NCBI GenBank assembly: GCA_946965045.2
Contig: OX337237.1
Location: 2,790,001 to 2,854,000, forward strand
DNA length: 64,000 nt
Source: Epithemia pelagica
Lineage: Eukaryota; Protista; Bacillariophyta
Direction of reading: 5' to 3'
A program made the translations under genes and the position numbers. Below, piece by piece: positions 54,985-64,000 of the stretch; the first letter of the stretch is position 1, and each line of letters starts with the position of its first letter. The notes beneath the pieces are model-generated. The model searched no databases. It was not told the origin of the DNA and was given only the letters and a program-made list of their open reading frames with translations.

Positions 54985-57597
54985 ATGGAGAACGAGGCAC
55001 AAGTACGATCTCAGAATACTAGCAATGACTGGTATCACGACAAGGATGACCACGACAACGGGATTAACCGTATGCAGTCATCGTCGGATTCTTTGACCGG
55101 TGAAAACTTCTTGCGAGCCATGGAATCGGAAGATACAACGCTTCTGTCTCGCTTTATTTTCCCCAAAGAACAAGAAGATGTTGATGACGAGTATCCAGGC
55201 GAAGATTGCTTTCTGTCGCACCGCGGACCCGATACGAAACGTGACTTGGTGATTCCATTGGCCCGTTCCCTCAAAGAATTGTACGGTTATCGCTTCTTTC
55301 TAGACGCCGAGCCAGTCAATGAACACTCTCGAGCGTCCGGTCATCGCAACAAAACGGACGTGCTTCGACAGGCTTTGTGGAAATGCCGCGTCTTGTGGAA
55401 ATGCCGCGTCTTTGTGGTGTTCTTGTCTCGTGAGTTTCACAAATCCAAATGGTGTCTGAAGGAATTGTATACAGCCCTTTACCGGCATCGAGGCAAAGAC
55501 AACCATGACTTTTTGGTGCGCATGGTCTTTTGTGAAGGTATGGATCCTGACATTTGCGATGTCATGCCTGCCTATGCCGGTTTGAAATTGGGACAAACGT
55601 TTGGCACGTTGTACAAACCCTATACGACATTGGAAGGCTTTGTGGTTCATTGTTTGCATCCCACGATACGACAACTTTTGTCAGGAAACAATGCCTCTAT
55701 GGTACCCGACAGTGTATTCACCGAAAAATGGAGGATACATTGTCCCCTCAAACCTCCCAAGTACCTCGAAACAGTGCCCTCAAATTTGGACGAGGAATCG
55801 TATCCCTCAAGGCCAAGTAACATGGAGCACCGCTTTTTTGATGAGGCCACTCAAGAGGGTCCATATGATTCAGACATGAATATTCCCTGGCATTCGACCC
55901 GGAACGAGATCCATGCGAAGTTTAATGCAGAGAGCAGTGAGAAAGACGAACCCAATGGATCTAATGTCGTTTCAGTATGCTCCTGGGCAAGCACACGGAC
56001 TGTCTCGGTCTTAGTTGCGTCTTTTGCCCTTATCCCTTTCGGTGCGATTGTGATTGGTATACTGGTCCCCTTCAACCGTTCCGTCGATGATGACACCCAA
56101 ACCTCGTTGCGTCCAGCAACAAGCATAACTCCCACTCAATCACCATCCCATGTCAGTTCTTTGCCTTCCTCGTTGCCCTCGTCATTTCCCAGCTCCACTC
56201 CGACCGAAACTCCATCTCCGACCGAAGACCCTCGCACAATGGATATTTTAACGTTGATCCAGAGCCACACGCTAGTGCAACCTTTGGCACTTCGTTATCC
56301 TCTCAATCTTGATGAACACTCCTCGGCAACACCAGAAGAAAAAGCATTGACATGGTTAATTGATGAAGATCTGGCGAAATTGGGAGTCCAAACTCCGTCG
56401 GGGCAGCTTCGAACCTTGCAACGGTACGCTCTGGCGACTCTTTGGTTCCTGCAAACACCAGAGAGGCCTTGGAAAGAAAAAGACCAAGTTAACTGGTTAA
56501 GCGAAGCTAATGAGTGTGATTGGGCCATGGTCACCTGTCGAGAAAAGATGACAATGACAAATGCCCAAGGAAGTAGCAACGATACTGAACGAGTCGTAGA
56601 CCGACTGGGAGTGACAGCCCAGAAGCTACAAGGCCCGCCTCCCCAGGATTTGGGCCTGTTGTCGAACTTGAGTTGGTTGGATTTGAAAGGGAATGAACTC
56701 TCGGGATCCTTTCCCAGTTTTATTTTACGGTTGACTGGTTTGGCCTTTTTGGACTTGGCTGGTAATCAATTCACGGGACCAATTCCGGACGAGATTGGAA
56801 CCTTGACTCAGTTACAAGAACTTCGGCTGTGGAGCAATTCTTTTACAGGAACTGTTCCCCCTACCATTGGTGAGCTTTCTAATCTGTTTTATATCAACGT
56901 TGGCACCAATCCTAGCTTGGGAGGCCATTTACCAAGTTCGGTGACGAAATGCACTATGCTTAAAGAAATGGTCTTGTGGTTCAGCAATTTCACTGGACCC
57001 ATTCCAGACGACATTGGCAACTTGGTCGAATTGGGAAACCTACTTCTTTCGGGAAATTCGCTATCGGGCACGATTCCTGACAGTTTCGATCAACTGGTGA
57101 ATCTCGTAGTCTTCATGGCCGAAGGTAATGGCAATTTGGGAGGTCCCCTGCCTAGTAATCTCCCTGAGTTGTCACGGCTAAGCCACGTGTGGTTAGAGGG
57201 CAATCGTTTTACAGGAACAATCCCCAACGGCATTGGACGGTTAACCAACTTGAAGTTTTGGATGTTGCAAAACAATTTGTTGAAGGGTACAATTCCGAGC
57301 AGTGTTGGTCAACTTTCCCAACTATTCGAATGGGACGTTGGTAACAATCCTGGACTGTGGGGCCCCATTCCTACGTCCTTGTCGGACTTGGAAGACTGGC
57401 GTATCTTTAATATCCACTCGACATCCTTGACGGGAAAGGTGCCTCTATGCGGTGTTTATGGGCAACGTCAATACACAACAGTGGCGGCGGATTGTAACAA
57501 AGTCCAGTGTCCTTGTTGCACCCACTGCTGTGACGGTGTGCCAGGCACAAAGTCTCATGGAATCATGTTTGTGGCAAAGTTGAGGACTGAAGAATAA
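54985..57597 (+). CDS. TIR-TM-LRR receptor 2
   Basis: Same architecture. TIR at ~55201, KWCLKEL, TM at ~56002-56073, ~12 LRRs, C-cap CNKVQCPCCTHC. ATG 54985 preferred over the track start 54901. Confidence 0.92.
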   Translation: MENEAQVRSQNTSNDWYHDKDDHDNGINRMQSSSDSLTGENFLRAMESEDTTLLSRFIFPKEQEDVDDEYPGEDCFLSHRGPDTKRDLVIPLARSLKELYGYRFFLDAEPVNEHSRASGHRNKTDVLRQALWKCRVLWKCRVFVVFLSREFHKSKWCLKELYTALYRHRGKDNHDFLVRMVFCEGMDPDICDVMPAYAGLKLGQTFGTLYKPYTTLEGFVVHCLHPTIRQLLSGNNASMVPDSVFTEKWRIHCPLKPPKYLETVPSNLDEESYPSRPSNMEHRFFDEATQEGPYDSDMNIPWHSTRNEIHAKFNAESSEKDEPNGSNVVSVCSWASTRTVSVLVASFALIPFGAIVIGILVPFNRSVDDDTQTSLRPATSITPTQSPSHVSSLPSSLPSSFPSSTPTETPSPTEDPRTMDILTLIQSHTLVQPLALRYPLNLDEHSSATPEEKALTWLIDEDLAKLGVQTPSGQLRTLQRYALATLWFLQTPERPWKEKDQVNWLSEANECDWAMVTCREKMTMTNAQGSSNDTERVVDRLGVTAQKLQGPPPQDLGLLSNLSWLDLKGNELSGSFPSFILRLTGLAFLDLAGNQFTGPIPDEIGTLTQLQELRLWSNSFTGTVPPTIGELSNLFYINVGTNPSLGGHLPSSVTKCTMLKEMVLWFSNFTGPIPDDIGNLVELGNLLLSGNSLSGTIPDSFDQLVNLVVFMAEGNGNLGGPLPSNLPELSRLSHVWLEGNRFTGTIPNGIGRLTNLKFWMLQNNLLKGTIPSSVGQLSQLFEWDVGNNPGLWGPIPTSLSDLEDWRIFNIHSTSLTGKVPLCGVYGQRQYTTVAADCNKVQCPCCTHCCDGVPGTKSHGIMFVAKLRTEE

Positions 57598-58123
57598 TGG
57601 ACTGTCTTTGTCTGATGAGGTCTGTTGAAAAATGGAGTGAACCAAATGACAAATCGTGAGGGACATACGGACACCCACCGAGAGAACCAGGATAATGCTA
57701 TCATAAGAGTCGACGACATGAATCTAAGGCGAGAAGAAAACTCAAGGAGTACGGAATGACATGAGATTCATTCCTTTTAGGACTGATACTCTTCTAGCTT
57801 AGAGGTGGTTTTCCTGCTACTCCTGTGCGACGAAAGTCATTGGTTGTGTAGATGGAGTGCCGCTCGTGCAGAGACAGCCTGCCTACCTAATTTACATGGA
57901 TAGTCCGAGGATACTTTCTACCAATCAAAAGTATCCATTAGAAACACGTCACTGATCTTTGCATTGGTTCTGGAGATGGAGTGCCGCTCGGAATTGACGT
58001 GACAGAGAGCTTGCGACTTGCGACTCGCAACATACCCGTAGACTCATGTGCAGAGGATTTGTCAACGACAGCAACGACAGGCAAAAGATCTACAATCTAC
58101 CTCAGTAGAGCCGTCATCCACGC

Positions 58124-61100
58124 ATGGATAGAACGATGGATGAACCTTTCAGAGATGGTGAGGGAGTGGAGGAAGGGGAAACTCCTTCTTCGTGGAACGC
58201 GGAAATGAGGGCCAAGGTGGAAGAGGAGGAGAAGAGCGATACAACGGAACATGAAACAGATCACAGAGACATGCAAGAAACTGGTAGTCGTCGAAACTCT
58301 AGTACGAAGAAGAACGATAAGGCGAGGCACGCTTCCTGCCAACCAAAAGGGGAGGAAGACAAATTCGATGAGATTTGGGCTAACAGCAACTCGAACAGCG
58401 ACCTTTTGGAGGAACCGCTTGAATTTCCTTCCACGGTGGTAGTGGATCATCATCAGGCCAGCAAGTACTCAACAAGCCTGACAGGCGAAAATTTTCTACG
58501 TGCCCTGGAAGCGGAAAATCAAGACCTGTTGTCACATTTTATTTATTTCCAACAACAAGCCTCGACGGCTGACCCTAAACAATTTCAGTACGATTGTTTC
58601 ATGTCCCATTTGGACCAAGATACGCAACGAGATTTGGTAGCACCTCTGGCAGAAACCATGCAAGAGATTTATGGATTTCATAGTTTTGTGGACTCGGACA
58701 ACAATCCAAAAGGTGATGTGAAGAGTCCAAACGAAAACAAGGACAGCTCACGGACCATCACTGCCTTGTGGACATGTCGTGTTGTCTTGGTGTTTTTGTC
58801 GCGTGAATTTCACAAATCCAATCGTTGCTTGAAGGAGTTGTATACAGCCTTGTATCGACGCCGCGATCCCTCCCAAGACTTTATCATGCGTATCGTATTT
58901 TGCGATGGCATGGATCCAGGTTTGTGTGACAGTTTGCCAGCGTATGCTGGATTGGATGTGGGTGACACCTTTGGTACCCTGTATCGACCCTACATGACCT
59001 TGGAACAATTTTGTGTCGAATGTATGCATCCCACTATGCGACAATTATTGTCGGGCAATGACGCAACCATTGTCCCCGATGGCATCTTTTTACAACACTG
59101 GAGACGGAATTGTCCTCTCAAACCGCCTCGGTATCTAGTGGAGTCGTCTGCTGCTACCAATCCCACCAAGACGAGTACTCCAACGTCTGCTTTATCTATG
59201 GATATTGCCCATGAGGAGAGTCTTTCCGTTCGCAATCCAAAAGACGTCCTTGTGTCGTCCCTGAAATACAGCTCCAAGCCTCAACAGTCGAAACAGCTCA
59301 AGGAACCGATGAAGGATTCGTCTCGAGGCATGACGAGATCCTCTATCACTCTGAGTCGTGATGACCTGGAGGTTGCTAGCACACCACTACAGCATGACCC
59401 GACACTTTCGAAGAAGGACATTCCAAAACCACAAGCCACAACAGGATTCTTCACTAGGAGAAAAGTAGTTGTATTCGGTTCTGTGATTGGTCTGGTGATT
59501 CTGGTGGTAGCGATTGTCGCTGCAGTGGTGACCACCCGATCCCCCGACACGACCACGTCGTCCGCTTTCAAAGAAGAGCAAGTTGCTCCTTCTCCTTTGC
59601 CCACAACGGCTCCAGTCGCATCCAGGAGTGCTCCCACCCCCGTTTCACCCTCATCACCACCTACGACGCCACCTCCAACGCCGCTACCGACGAGTCCTCC
59701 ATCCCAATTCATGGCTCCTACCACCAGCCCTCGAATCGTCCAGGTGGTCTCCTTTTTACAGAGTGTAACACTTACCACCTCAACCTTGCGCTATCCAGTC
59801 TTTGGACCATCCGCCACACTGGAAGAAAAGGCCTTGGCGTGGATTTTGGACACGGATCCTGCCCAATTAGGAGTAGAAACCGATGCGGAGCAACGACGAC
59901 TGGTACAACGATATGCCCTGGCAACCTTGTGGTTTTTGCAAAACACCACGGAGGCGCTGTGGGAACCAGACGCTCAACAAGGTTGGTTGACGGCGGCACA
60001 CGAATGCGACTGGGCCATGATCACCTGTGAAGACGTGCGGTATTTGGAGGGCATTGGCAATACCATTATTACCGAACGGTTTGTTGACGCGCTGGTAGCT
60101 GTAGGAAAGAATATTCAAGGGCAGCCCTCCAATGATTTGGGACTCTTGACTCGTTTGACAGAATTACTTTTGAGTGAAAATGCTTTGACCGGTCCCTTCC
60201 CTGTGGGCCTGACGCACTTGACGGCACTTAAAGTCTTGGAGTTGGATCAGAATGAGATACAAGGGCCCATTCCCAGCCAGATTGGAGAATTGACGGACCT
60301 GGTTGAATTGAGAGCCTGGAGCAATCTCTTGTCAGGACGAGTTCCCTATAGTTTTCGGCGTTTGTCCAAGCTAACGACATTGGATTTGGATGACAACGAA
60401 ATTTCAGGTACCTTTCCTTCGGCGCTCACGAGTTTGACCAATCTACGATTTTTGGAATTGGACAACAATGCCTTTTCGGGAACCATCCCTGATAGCTTTA
60501 TTTCGCCCTTGTCTAATCTCCGCTTGCTCGAGTTGGATGGCAATCAGTTTTCGGGGCCGCTCCCAACAACACTATCGGGATTGATACAGCTGAATACTTT
60601 GTATTTGCACGACAACCGATTCACCGGTTCTATACCAGAGGATATTGGCCGTTTGACCAATATGATACGTCTTGCCTTTCAGCAAAACCGATTCACTACC
60701 TTTCTTCCGAGCAGCGTTGGTGACATGGTCAAATTGACTTACTTGAGCTGTCATTCCTGCAGACTATCAGGGTCTATTCCCGGTACATTATCAAACTTGA
60801 CCGATCTGAACACACTCGACCTTTCGTTGAATGATTTGACAGGGACCGTGTTTAGTGGCTTGAGCGAATTGTCCAATCTAGAGGTGTTCAGCATTAGTCG
60901 CAATCCAGATTTGGGTGGAACCATTCCCAGCGAAATCGCCGACTTTCCTCAACTAACACGGTTGTATGCCTATGCGACCAATATATCGGGTGATATTCCA
61001 CTTTGTTTGAACACAAACAGAACCTATGAATATATTGTGGCCGATTGTGAAGAAGTTTCTTGTCCCTGTTGCACCCATTGTTGCCCCGCATTTGGTGATA

Positions 61101-61132
61101 TTCCCTCCTTTGGAAATTCAAACTGCCTGTGA
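58124..61132 (+). CDS. TIR-TM-LRR receptor 3 (1002 aa)
   Basis: TIR YDCFMSHLDQDTQRD...NRCLKEL; TM at ~59465-59533; ~13 LRRs; C-cap CEEVSCPCCTHCC. Confidence 0.92.
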   Translation: MDRTMDEPFRDGEGVEEGETPSSWNAEMRAKVEEEEKSDTTEHETDHRDMQETGSRRNSSTKKNDKARHASCQPKGEEDKFDEIWANSNSNSDLLEEPLEFPSTVVVDHHQASKYSTSLTGENFLRALEAENQDLLSHFIYFQQQASTADPKQFQYDCFMSHLDQDTQRDLVAPLAETMQEIYGFHSFVDSDNNPKGDVKSPNENKDSSRTITALWTCRVVLVFLSREFHKSNRCLKELYTALYRRRDPSQDFIMRIVFCDGMDPGLCDSLPAYAGLDVGDTFGTLYRPYMTLEQFCVECMHPTMRQLLSGNDATIVPDGIFLQHWRRNCPLKPPRYLVESSAATNPTKTSTPTSALSMDIAHEESLSVRNPKDVLVSSLKYSSKPQQSKQLKEPMKDSSRGMTRSSITLSRDDLEVASTPLQHDPTLSKKDIPKPQATTGFFTRRKVVVFGSVIGLVILVVAIVAAVVTTRSPDTTTSSAFKEEQVAPSPLPTTAPVASRSAPTPVSPSSPPTTPPPTPLPTSPPSQFMAPTTSPRIVQVVSFLQSVTLTTSTLRYPVFGPSATLEEKALAWILDTDPAQLGVETDAEQRRLVQRYALATLWFLQNTTEALWEPDAQQGWLTAAHECDWAMITCEDVRYLEGIGNTIITERFVDALVAVGKNIQGQPSNDLGLLTRLTELLLSENALTGPFPVGLTHLTALKVLELDQNEIQGPIPSQIGELTDLVELRAWSNLLSGRVPYSFRRLSKLTTLDLDDNEISGTFPSALTSLTNLRFLELDNNAFSGTIPDSFISPLSNLRLLELDGNQFSGPLPTTLSGLIQLNTLYLHDNRFTGSIPEDIGRLTNMIRLAFQQNRFTTFLPSSVGDMVKLTYLSCHSCRLSGSIPGTLSNLTDLNTLDLSLNDLTGTVFSGLSELSNLEVFSISRNPDLGGTIPSEIADFPQLTRLYAYATNISGDIPLCLNTNRTYEYIVADCEEVSCPCCTHCCPAFGDIPSFGNSNCL

Positions 61133-62189
61133 TTGGGTAATAGCTGCCCTTCTTTGGAAATTCTAGGCAGCTACCCATCCTTGTCGGACCCCCGACTTAT
61201 AGGCTGGGTTTCCACGAAGAATGACGAGATACGAGATGCATCTGTGTATTTGGACAACGCCAAAAAAAACAAGTCTCACAACAATTTCGAGAATTGACAC
61301 CCCACGATACGGCCCATGATTTGTTTGGACCACCACCAACAACAATAACACCAACGGCGTCCCACCGCCACAACATCAACAACAAGAGCAGTATGAGTAA
61401 ACGAATGGCAATAATCAGTCGTTTTGGTTGCACAGCCACTCCCTATGCACAAGCTTTAAAGAGCAGGGGTGGAACGTGCGGATCAATCGGGTGTTCAAGA
61501 TTTTTGTTTCGCCATGTCGACACAAGCCACCTTGGTTGATGTTCGACAGTCCACCTTTGCTCAAATGGCAGGTTTGCTGGGCAATGCCTCCACGGTCCGA
61601 TGGTATTCCGTGGACGAACGCAAAAAGCAAGAAACACAGTCCCCCCCCCCCAAAGACACTCCACCATCCGCGTCTTTCCAAAACAAGGACAACACTGCAG
61701 TCGTTGCTGCTTCTAGGAACCATGAGACCAGCAACACGTCCTCGTCCTCGTTTGGATCGCTCCAACAGCCTACCTTGCTTCCAGTGGACCCTGTTTTGAA
61801 GGTAGAACGAAAATTTTTGCAACAGCATGTTTGTCCTTCGGGATCCATGACGATCGAATCCTTGCAACAAACATCCAAGGCCTTGTTCGCATCCCACTCG
61901 GATGTGAGTCTTGAAACGAAACCTGACTCCTATCCTGTTGTTGAATGAGGGGTTGCAAGAGCTGTGGAACTAGATTCCAGCGTGTTGGTATACCAAGACT
62001 CACAGAACACACCAATTCTAAAGACTGGGAAGGATCCGATGATCGACTGGATCAATCAACAATCTTCCGATCCATGGTAAACTTTTCCGTTACTCTCATT
62101 CATGAAAATCCATCAATAGAGCCGCAGAAACACATCAACATGCACTCCAGCTCAACAACCATCAAACGAACCAACCACGAAACAAAGAA

Positions 62190-62662
62190 TGTGAGCATTC
62201 CACGTGGAATTGGTGAGCTGACGGACCCTACCTCGCTTGACTTTCCAAATCAATGGTCTTGTGGAGCCAATATTTGAGGCAATATCGAACTTTACAAAAT
62301 TGAATTTCGTGAGTTTCCGTTCCAACGTTAGGGCAACCAGTGGCAACGACTTTTCAGGTCTCATTCCTGATCACTTGCTCTCGGCCTTGAGGTTTCTGGA
62401 TTTTTCAAAAAATCAAAGGCTGGAGGGTATCATTTCAACCTTGGTTGGGAACCTTCCCGTTTTCACTGTCTTCTACGCCTGTCGCACCATCCGGACAGGC
62501 GCCATACGTCTGTCTCTGTGTGGGTCGGCAGAGGGGAGGTCTAGTTTGGTCGTTGTGGATTGCGAAAAAGTGGCGTGCCCGTGTTGCTTGTATTGCTGTC
62601 TAGCGTTTGGGGATTGTCCTGGCTTTGACTTTATCAAACTGGAGTACATTACTTACTTCTGA
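62190..62662 (+). pseudogene. Decayed LRR/C-cap remnant of the same receptor family
   Basis: IPRGIGELTD, then in another frame ISNFTKL...NDFSGLIP...LRFLDFSKNQRLEG...VVVDCEKVACPCCLYCC. Confidence 0.75.
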
Positions 62663-63142
62663 ACCTTTTGTGAGCGGCAGAAGGAAACCAAAAGGGTCAG
62701 AGGTAACAACTACCACAGGTCCCAATGGTCGAGCCATGACACACAAAAGAACCTACTGGGCAAGAGAACCACACACACCACATCATACAACAGCCGTATA
62801 GTTCTCAAAACATGCAAACTGCTCTGGACTAGAAAATCTTGGAAGCATATAGTCCTCAATCTCTTGATCTGTCTTGATATGTATTGAAAATTTGCTCTGC
62901 TTTTCAATTCCCATCTTTTGTGTTGCGCGGAAAAAGCGTCACCGCGCGTACGCGTACCGCCAAGGGTGCCGTATACGCGCCCGCAGGCCCAGCACACAAA
63001 ACGCAATGCGCCAGTCGCTGTTGAATCACCGATATTATGGAAGTTGCGGTTTGCAGTCCTCTTCATCATCAATCTTCATCCCTGTCTACACGTCGATGAT
63101 GCGACGTTATTGTCAATAGCGTCGTCGATTCCGCATACCGCT

Positions 63143-64000
63143 ATGGAAAACACTCCAGATGACGAGGAACCGTCCCTTGCCCTTGAGGAGCAAATCCCCG
63201 AACATGCGGATTGTGAGTCTTTGACGGCGGCCAACTTTCTTCGTGCCATGGATTCCAACGACCCAGATGTATTGTCGAACTTTGTGTTTCTTTCCAAACA
63301 TGATCCACGGCCGGATTATAAAGGCGAAGATTGTTTCATGTCGCACAGAGGACCCGACACCAAGCGAGATTATGTTGTTCCACTGGCAAAGACATTACGA
63401 GAACTCTACGAGTTCAAGATTTTTGTAGACTGCGAACCAGTCAATGAACTTTCACGGAACGCACTGGATCTTGATAAGGGCGAGGTGATTCGGCACTCGT
63501 TATGGAAATGCCGTGTGGTTCTCGTCTTTTTGTCTCGTGATTTTCATAACTCGAAATGGTGTTTGTTGGAATTGTACACCGCATTGTATCGTCAACGAAT
63601 GGATCTTGAGAACAAAGACTTTGTTCTTCGAATCATATTTTGTGATGATATGGATCCTGACAAGTGCAACGAGATGCCTGCTTACGCTGGGTTGGATCTG
63701 GGTGGAAAACTTTGGGGTTCTTTCGGAGCCGTATACCTATCTGGAAGACTTTGCCGTGGGTTTGCATCCCATTGTACGAGAGATAATTTCGACGGATGAA
63801 GCTTCTCCTCGTTCTCCGGCATCTGAAAAAGAGTTTTTTACGAAATGGCGCCGTCACTGTCCACTCAAAGCTCAGTCCAATAATCTGAAGAATGTGAATC
63901 CCCTCCACCGGAAGCTCCTAATTCTTGGTTTTATGTTACTACTTGGCGGAATTGTGGTGGCGGCTGTGATGTTACCGGACGATCCGACTCCGTTGCCGCC
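63143..64000 (+). pseudogene. TIR-TM receptor copy 4 (5' part), with one extra A at 63706-63709 causing a frameshift; runs off the window
   Basis: EDCFMSHRGPDTKRD...KWCLLELYTALYR. After the shift: NFGVLSEPYTYLEDF...KWRRHCPLK...HRK-LLILGFMLLLGGIVVAAVML. Confidence 0.85.

Noticed and set aside
35802-58000. TGACGT (bZIP/aureochrome-type) motifs upstream of the cyclase and receptor genes
   Set aside because: A hexamer is expected roughly 30 times by chance on both strands of 64 kb; no enrichment test was possible.
61103-61163. 17-bp near-duplicate of the end of receptor 3 in its 3' flank
   Set aside because: Short local duplication with no functional indication.
61469-61948. 159-aa ORF as the N-terminal part of a fifth receptor
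   Set aside because: No TIR, pre-TIR motif or TM visible; only the downstream LRR remnant is supportable.
102-63908. The many short antisense or overlapping ORFs in the track
   Set aside because: They are shadows of longer coding frames or low-complexity sequence, with no recognisable motifs.

Overview
Eukaryotic genomic DNA, most likely a pennate diatom. This is inferred from short GT-AG introns, receptor cyclase-PDE fusions and diatom-type LRR caps; it is not proven. The left ~37 kb is a nest of mostly decayed mobile elements: a hAT transposase lying tail-to-tail with an endonuclease III-like glycosylase gene, a two-ORF PIF/Harbinger element with TIRs, two divergent tyrosine-recombinase (DIRS/Ngaro-like) retroelements facing tail-to-tail, a long-TIR MITE, and a deleted hAT copy with a perfect 8-bp TSD. 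An intact receptor cyclase-phosphodiesterase gene also lies in this half. The right half holds host genes (DDX60/Ski2-like helicase, PEX2-like, Grx5, MYND-HECT_2-like, a PDE stub) and then a tandem array of intronless receptors with the order N-terminal TIR - single TM - Ser/Thr/Pro stalk - C-terminal LRR. There are three complete copies, one decayed LRR remnant and one frameshifted copy that runs off the window. This array is the best candidate for an undescribed system: an 'inverted Toll-like' type II receptor whose TIR keeps the NADase catalytic Glu. Secondary candidates are a degenerate C5-DNA-methyltransferase-like module in both YR retroelements and a possibly transposon-borne HhH glycosylase. 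All domain calls come from motif reading by eye; no database search was run.
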